Made by a program: the position numbers and the translations under genes. Under the pieces are notes generated by a model that had not been told where the DNA came from, ran no database searches, and worked only from the letters and a program-made list of their open reading frames with translations. Positions 38,909 to 48,860 of a stretch of 64,000 bases of DNA are shown piece by piece. The stretch is from a virus, in IMG/VR virus record IMGVR_UViG_3300020463_002440, positions 1 through 64,000 of that record. One strand, written 5' to 3'. Numbering within the stretch: the stretch's first letter is position 1; each line of letters opens with the position of its first letter.

Positions 38909-39114
38909 GACCTTTAATTGAATATTGGAATGATAGTATTGATTCTATCTCAAATTTAACAGATTGGAAATATGTTGGAAAAGTAGTTTTAGTTTTCCTA
39001 CCAGTTATTTTCTTTACTGTTTGGTATTATACATTAAAAGGTATTTGGCTTTCAACTGAGTACATCAATAAGCAAGGCGATAAATTTCTAAAATGGTTTA
39101 TACAAGATGATTGA
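38905..39114 (+). CDS. Small membrane protein
   Basis: Central TM helix. Confidence 0.55.
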   Translation: MRPLIEYWNDSIDSISNLTDWKYVGKVVLVFLPVIFFTVWYYTLKGIWLSTEYINKQGDKFLKWFIQDD

Positions 39115-39430
39115 AATATTAAAAGAAATTACTGAATGGGATTGCTATAAAGTTAATAATGGCTTTTATCATATTAACGGTGCAGGACAATTAGTTGCAC
39201 ATCAACCTGAAGGTGGTGAATTGAAAGTTTTTAAAACACCTATCAAAAACTTCTCTAAATCAAGACGTAAGTTTTTAAAGGTCGGAGATTATCAAGAAAA
39301 GAATAATCTCGGAGGTATTCCTGTGAAAGGCAGTAATGGGAATACATATTATATTGTGGACGGTAAATGTTCTTGTAAAGGATTTCAGTTCCGCGGAGAT
39401 TGTAAACACATAAGGAGCTTGGCAGCATGA
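39107..39430 (+). CDS. SWIM zinc-finger protein
   Basis: CSCKGFQFRGDCKH. Confidence 0.75.
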   Translation: MIEILKEITEWDCYKVNNGFYHINGAGQLVAHQPEGGELKVFKTPIKNFSKSRRKFLKVGDYQEKNNLGGIPVKGSNGNTYYIVDGKCSCKGFQFRGDCKHIRSLAA

Positions 39431-39750
39431 AAAGATTATTACAAAAAGGAACGATATTTATAGTAGACAGTTGGAGACTAGTAATGGATGCAAGGTATAA
39501 TCCATTAAGGTTTATACCAGATCCAAGTTTACAAATGTATTTTACATTAGTGCTATTTACTGTGTGGAGTGTATACTTCGGTTTCGTTGCGACATTTTAT
39601 ATGGGATGGTTAGGATATCAAACACTAACAAGTATTGCAGTACATATTGGAGTTATATTTCCAATTGCATTTACAAATGCGGTCTTTTTAGATGCTGAAA
39701 GAAACGGTTCAAAATGGTTACAAAATTGGAGAAAGAAAGATGAATTATGA
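39427..39750 (+). CDS. Membrane protein
   Basis: VMD..YNPL..IPD plus two TM helices. Confidence 0.65.
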   Translation: MKRLLQKGTIFIVDSWRLVMDARYNPLRFIPDPSLQMYFTLVLFTVWSVYFGFVATFYMGWLGYQTLTSIAVHIGVIFPIAFTNAVFLDAERNGSKWLQNWRKKDEL

Positions 39751-40129
39751 TTCTATAGAATTTGCTACAAGGGAAAACTTTATTAGGCAATACTTTAATG
39801 CATTTAGTAATAAAGACATTGATGCTTTAGAAAAAATGTTTGATAAAGATGTTACTCTAACAGATTGGGATATATCTGCTGAAGGTATTCTACCTGTCTG
39901 CAGAGCAAATGAACAAATCTTTAATTCTGTATTAAGGATTACTGCTATTCCTGAAGAGATTATTATTGACGGTAATAATGTTTGTGCATTGTTAACTATT
40001 GAAGTAATCACTGAAGGAACAGATCCAATAAACGATTTCGCAGAAAACCACGAAACACTTAAGGTCGTAGATTTAATAACGCTGACTAATGACTTTAAGA
40101 TTAAATCAATATCAGCGTTTAAACAATAA
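39740..40129 (+). CDS. SnoaL/NTF2-like protein
   Basis: YF.AF..KDI..L...F..DV.L.DW. Confidence 0.7.
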   Translation: MNYDSIEFATRENFIRQYFNAFSNKDIDALEKMFDKDVTLTDWDISAEGILPVCRANEQIFNSVLRITAIPEEIIIDGNNVCALLTIEVITEGTDPINDFAENHETLKVVDLITLTNDFKIKSISAFKQ

Positions 40130-40131
40130 GT

Positions 40132-40308
40132 ATGGACGAAAGAATCTTAAAAGAGATACGACTCGCAAGAAATTTAGCAAGAGAAATACAATGGGTTATA
40201 GATTCTGGTGGTGTAATGCCAGTTCAGATTCGTAACCAATTTGATCCTCTTAAAAAGTTTTATGATGAGTGTATAGCAGAAGAAGAAAGTATTTTTTACA
40301 GTATGTAA
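40132..40308 (+). CDS. Small hypothetical protein (not in ORF track)
   Basis: 58 aa MDERILKEIR. Confidence 0.5.
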   Translation: MDERILKEIRLARNLAREIQWVIDSGGVMPVQIRNQFDPLKKFYDECIAEEESIFYSM

Positions 40309-40400
40309 AATATATCATATTTTTATAAGTAGTTATTCATTCCGGTTATATATACTTGTATAGGCCAAGTGAAATTCTTGGTTTAGTAACGTGGATAAAT

Positions 40401-40496
40401 ATGAGCTTTGAAAAAATTAAAGATGGTGCAGAACTTGCAGTTCTTGTCATGATCTTCTGTCTATCAATCAGTGGTGTAAGTCCAAGTTTATTATAA
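40401..40496 (+). CDS. 31-aa single-TM peptide
   Basis: MSFEKIKDGAELAVLVMIFCLSISGVSPSLL; GGA RBS. Confidence 0.45.
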   Translation: MSFEKIKDGAELAVLVMIFCLSISGVSPSLL

Positions 40497-40516
40497 TAAA
40501 AAATCAGAGGTGGACC

Positions 40517-40624
40517 ATGAGGCAATTCGTAAGACGGGTTGTACTCAGCGAAATCTGTATCGAGTGTATGTTAATTCTTATGTTTATGGGAACAACAATT
40601 TACAGCATAAGTACGATTGTATAA
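40517..40624 (+). CDS. 35-aa single-TM peptide
   Basis: MRQFVRRVVLSEICIECMLILMFMGTTIYSISTIV; GAGGTGG RBS. Confidence 0.5.
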   Translation: MRQFVRRVVLSEICIECMLILMFMGTTIYSISTIV

Positions 40625-40646
40625 CCTGAGTGCAATCTAACCGGTT

Positions 40647-40672
40647 AAGGGAGTTGAAAGGCTCCCTTTTTT
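40647..40672 (+). terminator. Intrinsic terminator at a convergent junction
   Basis: AAGGGAGT-TGAAAG-GCTCCCTT + TTTT. Confidence 0.75.
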
Positions 40673-41000
40673 ATTGTGTATGTTTTTTAGCAATTGCTAT
40701 TGCTTCTTCTACTGTATACGGACTACTATGTGCCAATGGTGCTTTCGTTTCGGTTATGTTTGGAAAAACATCTGATAGTCTTGCATTGATTTCAAAGAAT
40801 GGTATTTGCTCAGGTGGTAATTCATCTTCACTCCATATTGCTTCAACAGGACATTCAGGAACACAAAGACCACAATCAATACATTCATCAGGATGTATTA
40901 CTAAAAAATCAGGTCCTTCATAAAAGCAGTCAACAGGACATACTTCCACACATTTAGTATCTTTACATCCGACACAAGGACTACCTACTACAAAAGCCAT
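40671..41000 (-). CDS. fdxA: 7Fe/8Fe ferredoxin (FdxA-like)
   Basis: [38 protein letters not shown]. Confidence 0.9.
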   Translation of the reverse strand: MAFVVGSPCVGCKDTKCVEVCPVDCFYEGPDFLVIHPDECIDCGLCVPECPVEAIWSEDELPPEQIPFFEINARLSDVFPNITETKAPLAHSSPYTVEEAIAIAKKHTQ

Positions 41001-41006
41001 AACGAA

Positions 41007-41576
41007 TTATCTCTTAGGACATCTAATTTTTGCTTTTTTGGTTATCTTATAATTATTATATGCTACCAAGCCAGTCAAAGCAGCTGACATAAATTTCCAT
41101 TCATTCCACATTAGTTCACCATATTCTTCATCAGCATAAAACACGTTACTCACAGCCCAGATAACACTACCTTTTAAAGCAATCATCTCGCCAACTTCTG
41201 GGACTGGTGGTAATAAAGGATTTGCTTCTTCAATACATGAATACTTAACTCCTTCATAAGTCGTATATACATCTGCTATATGTGCTGTCCAAAATAAAAC
41301 ATTAACTAATAATTTATCCTTATTACTATGTTGCATAACAAATTCATTAAAACTTAATTCACCAAGTATTAACGTAGGTTCTTTATATTGAGGTAAGGTT
41401 TGAACTCTTCTAACTGTTTCGTCACTATAAGGAGCGTGATGTCCTAATCTGATAAGTTCTTTTGTTGCTTCAGAGAGTTCTGATAATAATGGGTCTTTTG
41501 GAACATATGCTTGTGCAGGAATTATAAAACATAATCCTAAAATAAGACTACTTAGTAGTCGCGATAAAAACACCAT
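41007..41576 (-). CDS. Hypothetical membrane/secreted protein
   Basis: Signal peptide; D..TT...C..EANP. Confidence 0.6.
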   Translation of the reverse strand: MVFLSRLLSSLILGLCFIIPAQAYVPKDPLLSELSEATKELIRLGHHAPYSDETVRRVQTLPQYKEPTLILGELSFNEFVMQHSNKDKLLVNVLFWTAHIADVYTTYEGVKYSCIEEANPLLPPVPEVGEMIALKGSVIWAVSNVFYADEEYGELMWNEWKFMSAALTGLVAYNNYKITKKAKIRCPKR

Positions 41577-43593
41577 TCCAATCCTTGGGAAGATCTTGCG
41601 TTTTCATGTATTCACAACGCTCAATCCACATTTTGTAATAACCGTCCATTTGTCCTTCAAAGCAATCCATGAGGTCATTACATATTTTAATCGCCTTATC
41701 AAAGTTTTGCTTTTGATAATTTGAATGCATTGCTTTGTGCATATCTACTGGTTTAATATATTTATCTTTATTTAGATCGAGAACAGTATATATTGTGATA
41801 CCTATTGTTTTTCCTTTCACAGCAAGATCATCAACCTTTAGAAAAAAGAATTCATTCGGATTACAACGATCTACAGTTTCTTCTCCGACTAATAATAGAC
41901 AACCATATTCTTTACACTTGGATTCTATTCTTGCGGCTGTTGATACGGCATCTCCAAGTATATCGTAGCTGTGACGAGATGTACTTCCCATTTCGCCAAC
42001 ATATCCAAGACCGCTATTAATACCTGCTCCCATACCAATCGGAGGTCGACCTTCTTTTGTAATTTTATTATTAAAGGATTCAACAGCTCTTAACATATTA
42101 ATACCAGTTTGTACTGCCGTCTTTGCATGATCTTTATCTTCCATAGGAGCATTATGTATATGCATACTTGCGTCTCCAATGTATTTGATAATCATTCCAT
42201 TTGCATCTAGAACAGGTTGTGTAATTGCATCCATATAACCATTCATTAATGTGGTCAGTCCTTTAACATCATCTCCGAAGCTTTCGCCCAGTGGAGTAAA
42301 TCCTCGAAGATCACTGAATACAATACTTACATCTTTTTTCATTCCGTCCTTGACAAGTGAGGGATTTTGTTGTAAAATAGTAACAACTTCTGGAGAACAA
42401 TACCCAGCGAATTGTTTCATGATTTCGCGCTTTTCTAAAAATGTTAAATAGTATTTGTTAAAGGAACTTTGGGCAAACACAACTAAGGAACTCAATGAAA
42501 TCAAAGATGCGTCAACGAAGATCAATGAACCGCTCCAAAGCCAGTAACTCACTCCGTATCCGGAAGAAACAAGACCAAGACTTATTAACACCCCAGGAGT
42601 TATGGGCAAGATATAGACCGCTCCAAGGATACCTAGACTCAATAAGACCAGAAGACCGAGCTCGAGTATTGGCTTCCAGTCGGGAATCTGTATTTCAACT
42701 CCTGAAAGAACGGTCTGAATTAGTTGGGCTTGAACTTCGTGGGGATACATTGCACCCGTTGGGGTTGAAACTGGATTAGAGACACCTTCAGCTGTTACTC
42801 CAAAGATAAGAACCTTTCCACTAGGTAAAGGATCAGTAATACTTATTTGTTCAAATTGATTCCAAAACGCAATTGGTAATTCAGCAAAACTATTTGTTGT
42901 GATAGGATCTTGACGACCCATACGAATCCATTCAACGCCGTTGGCGCCTACCTTCATTTGGTAACTGGGTTCTCCTGAATACACACGTAAGGTGTCAAGG
43001 GCGAGACTAGGGTATACGTTCCCGGCTGCTTCGACAACAAGTGGTGCTCTACGCACGACTCCGGTTGGTTCATCAGGTATAGCAACGGTAGCACCAACCC
43101 CGAAAGCGAAATTAGACAAATTGTCGATAGGATAAAGTAATCCAGGAAATTTGTAGAGCCATTTTTCATTTTGTTCTCCAAAGGTAGCGACACCTACAAA
43201 GGTACCTAAACCACCTGTTAATTGTTGTGATGGTGCTGAGGCCAACACCACTGCTTTTTGTTGCATTTCAAATGCAAGTAAATTGTCTTCTCCAAATCTA
43301 TCTTCTTCGGAGTATATTAAGTTAAGTACATAAAGGCTATCATTAGGGCCGTCACGTAAATAATCAGCAATGGAACCGCGAGGCCAAGGATACTGACCTT
43401 TGGCAGAGATTGCGGTTTCGTCGATGTTGACGAGGACCACGTCTTCAATAATTTCTTTTGTTTGATTTTGCTGTAACGCGTCATAATAAGCGTATTCTAT
43501 ACTTTGTATGAAACTAGGATTAACAATACTTAAAGTAGCAAAGCCTGCGATTGTAATAAGTACTGTCCACCACTGAGTTAGTGTTTTAAACAT
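41548..43593 (-). CDS. CHASE2-domain class III adenylate/guanylate cyclase
   Basis: VNIDE..GQYPWPR (CHASE2), three TM helices, FSDLRGFT, KYIGDA, YDILGDAV..AARIE. Confidence 0.92.
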   Translation of the reverse strand: MFKTLTQWWTVLITIAGFATLSIVNPSFIQSIEYAYYDALQQNQTKEIIEDVVLVNIDETAISAKGQYPWPRGSIADYLRDGPNDSLYVLNLIYSEEDRFGEDNLLAFEMQQKAVVLASAPSQQLTGGLGTFVGVATFGEQNEKWLYKFPGLLYPIDNLSNFAFGVGATVAIPDEPTGVVRRAPLVVEAAGNVYPSLALDTLRVYSGEPSYQMKVGANGVEWIRMGRQDPITTNSFAELPIAFWNQFEQISITDPLPSGKVLIFGVTAEGVSNPVSTPTGAMYPHEVQAQLIQTVLSGVEIQIPDWKPILELGLLVLLSLGILGAVYILPITPGVLISLGLVSSGYGVSYWLWSGSLIFVDASLISLSSLVVFAQSSFNKYYLTFLEKREIMKQFAGYCSPEVVTILQQNPSLVKDGMKKDVSIVFSDLRGFTPLGESFGDDVKGLTTLMNGYMDAITQPVLDANGMIIKYIGDASMHIHNAPMEDKDHAKTAVQTGINMLRAVESFNNKITKEGRPPIGMGAGINSGLGYVGEMGSTSRHSYDILGDAVSTAARIESKCKEYGCLLLVGEETVDRCNPNEFFFLKVDDLAVKGKTIGITIYTVLDLNKDKYIKPVDMHKAMHSNYQKQNFDKAIKICNDLMDCFEGQMDGYYKMWIERCEYMKTQDLPKDWNGVFIATTK

Positions 43594-44527
43594 GTTTACG
43601 ATATACTTTTACCGTATTAATTAATTGTCTTACGTGTTCAACTGGAGTTGTCTTATCAATTCCATGAGCCAAGTTAACAATATACGGCCTGTCTTTCATT
43701 TTATTGAGTACAGGTGTAATATCTTCTCCTTTAATTAATCGGCTTACTGAAATACCTCCTTGAAGTACTTCGCCATTAATTTGATCCACAGGTAAATCAT
43801 CGCTCATATTTGTTGCGTCAGGATTTACTTGTTCTATATAATCATTTATTTTTGTACCAACAAGTCTTGGAAAGGCAATAATACAAACATCAGGATAATG
43901 AGCTCTTATAACATCAACAATTTGCTGTGTTGGTTGAATTACATATTCATAAAAGTTTTCTTCTGATATGTCACAAGCATGACTATCAAATATTTGTATT
44001 GTATCACACCCTGCTTCAATTTGCATTGATAGGTGGTCAATAATATAAGGTACTAATTTTTGTACTACATCCAATCTTTGTTCTTCACACATATATTTAC
44101 ATATTGTGTATGGTGCTGCAGCAAATCCAATTAAAGATTTACTATCATCAAGCTCTTCTCTAACTTTTCGTATTGCTTCGTAAACTGGTTCGCACTTATC
44201 TTGGAATTCTTCTCGTGTTGTTTCCCAAAATGATTCGTTGTATGGACCTAGCTTTGGACCAGGAACATAATCAAGTTCTTGTCCTAAAGCGTAATTCACA
44301 ATTAATATATCTGAAAATATAATTGCACAATCCATATCAAACTCAAGAATAGGTTGCATCGTAATCTCAGCAGCCTTCCAAGGAGTAAGAGCCATATCTA
44401 AAAAGCCATCGGATTCTTTTTTCATTGCCATATATTCTGGCATATATCTTCCGGCTTGTCTCATTAACCAAACAGGATATAAATTAACTTCTTTATCCTG
44501 AATCGTTCTCTGTAATAATGTTTTCAT
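43586..44527 (-). CDS. hemE: Uroporphyrinogen decarboxylase
   Basis: PVWLMRQAGRYMPEY, AIIFSDIL, LIGFA.APYT, IQIFDS, NLAHGI. Confidence 0.9.
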   Translation of the reverse strand: MKTLLQRTIQDKEVNLYPVWLMRQAGRYMPEYMAMKKESDGFLDMALTPWKAAEITMQPILEFDMDCAIIFSDILIVNYALGQELDYVPGPKLGPYNESFWETTREEFQDKCEPVYEAIRKVREELDDSKSLIGFAAAPYTICKYMCEEQRLDVVQKLVPYIIDHLSMQIEAGCDTIQIFDSHACDISEENFYEYVIQPTQQIVDVIRAHYPDVCIIAFPRLVGTKINDYIEQVNPDATNMSDDLPVDQINGEVLQGGISVSRLIKGEDITPVLNKMKDRPYIVNLAHGIDKTTPVEHVRQLINTVKVYRKHV

Positions 44528-44532
44528 AATTT

Positions 44533-44844
44533 TTAACTTAATTTCTTTTGTATGTATTTCACCGCAGCATATATCGTTAAACCATATATTGCGAATATTG
44601 TTAAGGGAACTGCCATGTTGAGGATTACACTGATATCTAGGAATAGCAAATCTTTTGTAAAATCAATAATTGCTTCTGCGTCACCTTGTGCAGGTTCAAT
44701 ATTTCCTTCTATAGTATATTGCATATCTGCATCTGTAAGCATCAAGTGAAACTCATCTTCAGGAATACACATCATACCTTCAGGACAACCTTCTTCACCT
44801 GGGTATTTCGTTCCCACAGGATTTCCAAACATATCTAAATCCAT
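44533..44844 (-). CDS. Small membrane protein
   Basis: CPEGMMC N-terminal region, C-terminal TM helix. Confidence 0.6.
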   Translation of the reverse strand: MDLDMFGNPVGTKYPGEEGCPEGMMCIPEDEFHLMLTDADMQYTIEGNIEPAQGDAEAIIDFTKDLLFLDISVILNMAVPLTIFAIYGLTIYAAVKYIQKKLS

Positions 44845-44846
44845 AA

Positions 44847-45587
44847 TTATTCTTGAATCACCGATGTACTACAACCACCGACTGTCATACAATCAACTGA
44901 TATAGTATAAGACTGTGTACCGCTAGTACCAAATTGTATTAATGTTAAGTCTGTTCCATATAAACCATCAAGAGTTATATTTGCAGTGTGTGGTTGATTA
45001 GTTCCTTTCTGACGAACATACACATCGTTATAATCATTGTATATTGTTAAGTTTGTAGTTTTTGAAGCTTTGCCTTGTTGTTTTATTTGAACTTCGTTAT
45101 GGTCACCTGCTAAATGTAAATCAAAGTTATGTCCATCAGCTGCATTCCACTGATTGGTTTGTTGAACTGCTAATTGATTATAGTCACCGTACATAGTAAT
45201 ATCTATCTCATGACCACCACCTTCATCTCCATCGTCACTCCAATCTAAATTAGTATCAGAATTAAGAACGTCCCAAGAAACACCTTGTCCTAATTTCATT
45301 TGATTACCTGTACCACTTACTTCATCAAATCTTATTTTATTAGGAAGTGAAGTATTGCTTGTATTTACTTGTACTAAATACATATCTAAACTTGATGCTG
45401 TAATATATGAATTATTATCTAACATTAAAATTTGATTATCAAATCCAACTTGGTCAACACCTAATTGAAAAGTATCACCGCTCTGTTCAATATTGATTTC
45501 GTTATCTGCAAGTGCAACAGGTGCCAACATTAATACACCAAATAATATACCTGCTAAAAATATGTATGTTCTTTTTTCATTTGCCAT
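44847..45587 (-). CDS. Secreted curlin-repeat-like beta-solenoid protein
   Basis: Signal peptide; repeated N.I.I.Q.G..N units; C-terminal Cys pair. Confidence 0.7.
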   Translation of the reverse strand: MANEKRTYIFLAGILFGVLMLAPVALADNEINIEQSGDTFQLGVDQVGFDNQILMLDNNSYITASSLDMYLVQVNTSNTSLPNKIRFDEVSGTGNQMKLGQGVSWDVLNSDTNLDWSDDGDEGGGHEIDITMYGDYNQLAVQQTNQWNAADGHNFDLHLAGDHNEVQIKQQGKASKTTNLTIYNDYNDVYVRQKGTNQPHTANITLDGLYGTDLTLIQFGTSGTQSYTISVDCMTVGGCSTSVIQE

Positions 45588-45595
45588 AATATTAT

Positions 45596-46750
45596 TTATC
45601 CTCCTTGTCTAATCACAATTATTGAATCATTACCACCATTCAAATCTATAATCCCTTGATAACCATCTACTGATGTATCAACTCTAACTGATGCGTCTAC
45701 TGCAAAAGAAATATTTACTACTCCATTTACAGTTCTATAAAAAAATATTTTTCCGCTTTGTTCGTATATGTTATATTGACTGTCGTTATTAAATCCAAAA
45801 CTTGCTCCACGTAATTCAGCACCTAATGCTGTTCCGCTAATTGCACTATCATCAAGTGATGCGGTTGTTCTAACGAGAGCTTCGACTACATCTAATAAAT
45901 CTGTTAAAAAATCAACATCAAGATAATCAATATCAAGTTCTGAAAATTCTAATGCATCTTCATCGAGAGCATCATATTCTAATTCATTAAATTCTAAAAA
46001 ATCGAAATCAAGTAATCCTTGATCCATGTTTGCTTCGTCTTCGGCTGTTTCTTCAATTGCTTCTTTTACTTCAGGAGGCGGAGAAACAATAAACATATTA
46101 TCAATCATATTAGGTGTAATACCTTGCATTGTGATTTGTCTTGTAGGCGGGGTATCTAAACTGCTCACCATCGTTGCTGCATATGCTTCTGATAAAGTAA
46201 TTGTTCCACCATTGTTTGTTACATCGATAATACCTGAAGGATTACCGAACTCATCAGGTAAAAGTATTACGAGTGATCTACCTAACTCATCAATGGTTGC
46301 TGTAAAATCTGTTCCTCTTACAGCGATTTGTGCTGTTGGTGTTGATAGGTCAATATTTGCTTTATTAACCATTCCTAATCGACCAGATGCAAACCGCGCT
46401 GTGCCAACTGCCATGCGCATTGCCATTTTGGATTTACTTGGATCTGGATCGTAGTATATCTTGTCGATATATACTTTGGTGTGTTCTGTTAAAGATAACT
46501 GAGCTTCGTCTAAAAACTCAATCTTCATTCGGCCTTGGCCTGTTTCAGCCGTATCGTTTAATTCAATATTTGGAATAGAAGACGCGTCTAATATTTCGCC
46601 TTCTTCTCGAACAATTTGTCCGCTGCCAGTTTGTTCAATGATATCGCCAATTGGGCTCGCCATTGCTGTTCCGAAAAACAACATTGGCAAACCCAATAAT
46701 AGTCTAGCTGTCGTTAGCTGAATCTTTCTGATTAATTTGAATTGTAGCAT
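45596..46750 (-). CDS. FecR-domain protein
   Basis: D...T..G...I.F.D; TPTA.IAVRGTDF; acidic LD-rich linker; start uncertain. Confidence 0.8.
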   Translation of the reverse strand: MLQFKLIRKIQLTTARLLLGLPMLFFGTAMASPIGDIIEQTGSGQIVREEGEILDASSIPNIELNDTAETGQGRMKIEFLDEAQLSLTEHTKVYIDKIYYDPDPSKSKMAMRMAVGTARFASGRLGMVNKANIDLSTPTAQIAVRGTDFTATIDELGRSLVILLPDEFGNPSGIIDVTNNGGTITLSEAYAATMVSSLDTPPTRQITMQGITPNMIDNMFIVSPPPEVKEAIEETAEDEANMDQGLLDFDFLEFNELEYDALDEDALEFSELDIDYLDVDFLTDLLDVVEALVRTTASLDDSAISGTALGAELRGASFGFNNDSQYNIYEQSGKIFFYRTVNGVVNISFAVDASVRVDTSVDGYQGIIDLNGGNDSIIVIRQGG

Positions 46751-47435
46751 TTTCACTATCAACATCCAAAGTAATAATTCCATTACAAGTAGAAATGCCT
46801 TGTGGGCATGTTCCGCTCATTTGGTTAATATCAATATCTGCAGATGATCCGTTAAGAACTAAATTAATTTCATGTTCTCCACCATCTTTCTGTAAGGTAT
46901 TAATATTGTTTGATCCACCTGTGATGTCCATATTCCAAACTGCATCATCAACATCTATGTCAATATCAAAGATATTACTATCTCCAATTACAGTTAAGTC
47001 AAGATCTAATCTTTCTGCACTTGCGTTATACCCTTGGTCAAAGTCCATAGTATTTGAATCACCAGTAATATCAACATCATATGTTGAAGTATCTGCTGAA
47101 CCTACATATCCTACGTCCCAATCCCAAACGTTGCTGTCACCTGTCCAAAGTAAATTGGCAGTTGAGCTGTCGCCAACAAATTTTCCGAATAGTAAATTTT
47201 CGTTTCCTATTTGGTCAATATTGAAAGTTAAAGTTGTACCTGTGATAGGCATAGCACTTGAACCTGATGCAAAATTGTCTAAACCAATTTTGTTACCATA
47301 TCCATATTGGTCAATGTAAAGTGTTAAAGTATCACCTTGTTGGTCAATATTAATTTCATTATCGTCGGTAGCTTGCGCATTCGCATTGAAAGAAAAAACA
47401 CATAATAAAGATAGGCCTAATATTTTACGTATCAT
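46704..47435 (-). CDS. Secreted curlin-repeat-like beta-solenoid protein
   Basis: Signal peptide; DNEINIDQQG, IDQ.G..N, GDSN repeats; Cys pair. Confidence 0.7.
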   Translation of the reverse strand: MIRKILGLSLLCVFSFNANAQATDDNEINIDQQGDTLTLYIDQYGYGNKIGLDNFASGSSAMPITGTTLTFNIDQIGNENLLFGKFVGDSSTANLLWTGDSNVWDWDVGYVGSADTSTYDVDITGDSNTMDFDQGYNASAERLDLDLTVIGDSNIFDIDIDVDDAVWNMDITGGSNNINTLQKDGGEHEINLVLNGSSADIDINQMSGTCPQGISTCNGIITLDVDSENATIQINQKDSANDS

Positions 47436-48376
47436 TATTCTTCCTCTTTTAAGTTAATCGACCAGAAGCCACGTTCGTCGCCCTGGTACACCATTTCTAG
47501 TACGGCAGCTTCAATTGCTGTTCGTACTGCGTATGTCACTGATTCATTATTACCAATTCCGTCCTCGTATTCAATCAACTGAGTTCCCTGCTCGATAAAG
47601 CGGAAGACGTCTCCTCCTGAGCCATAGCTCAGTATTGATTTTTTCGTCTGAACATTCAATAATATTTCACCTGTTAAAACCGATACAGCTCGCACTGAAA
47701 CTGTTACGACATCTTGTCTATATTGTCGACTAAAACCTATGCCTAACGTTCTTGCGCCTCGCCCTCCTGTCTTTACATTACTATCATAACCAATGATGCC
47801 GCCCTCAATTATCATTCCCGCGAATAATAGAGGACCAACACCTTTTGTTTCTTCGCCCAGTTTCTTTGCCGCTTCATCACGACCTGTACGAATGATTTGA
47901 CGTTCTCTTACAAGAGCGTCAATTCCTTGTCTTTCTACTACTCTGAACCAGGTACCATTTCCTGCTGTCTTCAGAGCATCTATTAATAATTCTGTTCCAC
48001 CTTGTGTTACCGCCGTGGAAAAACTTTGTCCTGTGACAGAATCTTTTCTCTGTCCTGTCTTATCTAAAAATCCATATACTGCTACCACAGGTTTACTTGC
48101 TGCAGGCGGTAAATTTAATAACTCAATGTAAGATGGTAATCTAACAACTTGAGGCTGTTCGATACATATCTGTTTACTCTCAATATATTTACGAGTACCT
48201 GTATTAATCTTATCTATTAATAAACCGTCACCGTTTTCATCTTTTACTTTGCCAAACCCTTGCGAGTAATATCCTTGCCCGTATTCGCAATTTGCAGGTC
48301 CTTCAGACCATTGTGGCATTTGTGCACAGCTTGTTAAAAACGCAAGGCTAACCGCCGTCAGGATTCGAGTCACCAT
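47435..48376 (-). CDS. csgG: Curli secretion pore CsgG/HfaB-family lipoprotein
   Basis: Lipobox LTS-C; VAVY.F.DKTGQRK, FSTAVTQG, WF.VVER, ERQIIR, EGGIIGYD. Confidence 0.92.
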   Translation of the reverse strand: MVTRILTAVSLAFLTSCAQMPQWSEGPANCEYGQGYYSQGFGKVKDENGDGLLIDKINTGTRKYIESKQICIEQPQVVRLPSYIELLNLPPAASKPVVAVYGFLDKTGQRKDSVTGQSFSTAVTQGGTELLIDALKTAGNGTWFRVVERQGIDALVRERQIIRTGRDEAAKKLGEETKGVGPLLFAGMIIEGGIIGYDSNVKTGGRGARTLGIGFSRQYRQDVVTVSVRAVSVLTGEILLNVQTKKSILSYGSGGDVFRFIEQGTQLIEYEDGIGNNESVTYAVRTAIEAAVLEMVYQGDERGFWSINLKEEE

Positions 48377-48860
48377 CCGTTCCTCCACCAAAATTTCCAC
48401 TACCTATTGGTATCTCAATAATAGTAGTAGTCCCATTTTCGTCAATAATTGTCATTTTAATATATTCAGTTCCATCTGTGTTAGTTATAACTTCATATGT
48501 TACTGTTGATCCTTCTAATACGAAAGATCCAAACCTTACAGGATTATCGTTAGAGAACATATTATCTACTAACTGTTTTGCTAACTGAGCATAAATCCTT
48601 GACTCAAGGTTACGAATAAACTTTGATAATGTTGTATTATCAGCTTCTCGTTGTGCAGCTCTTTCAGCTGCTTCAAGAGCATCCTTTATTTGCTCCTTTC
48701 TTGAAAACTCTTGGTTCTCAATTGTTAAATAATGCGCTCCTGCGCCTACACCGCTGAACGATGGATTTTTAAATTTATGAACAATTGGCTCTGCACAGAC
48801 TTGTGCAGAAAAATAAACTCCAATTACAAGTATTCCTAAAAGTGTTCCATTAATCTTCAT
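48348..48860 (-). CDS. csgF: Curli assembly component CsgF
   Basis: Signal peptide then H.FKNPSFSG; F..NLESRIYAQL; adjacent to csgG. Confidence 0.82.
   Translation of the reverse strand: MKINGTLLGILVIGVYFSAQVCAEPIVHKFKNPSFSGVGAGAHYLTIENQEFSRKEQIKDALEAAERAAQREADNTTLSKFIRNLESRIYAQLAKQLVDNMFSNDNPVRFGSFVLEGSTVTYEVITNTDGTEYIKMTIIDENGTTTIIEIPIGSGNFGGGTDGDSNPDGG

Noticed and set aside
46026-47319. Long plus-strand ORFs opposite the fecR and curlin-like genes (and similar antisense ORFs such as 2559-3107 and 56664-57242)
   Set aside because: Shadow ORFs of well-supported genes, with no RBS or motifs.
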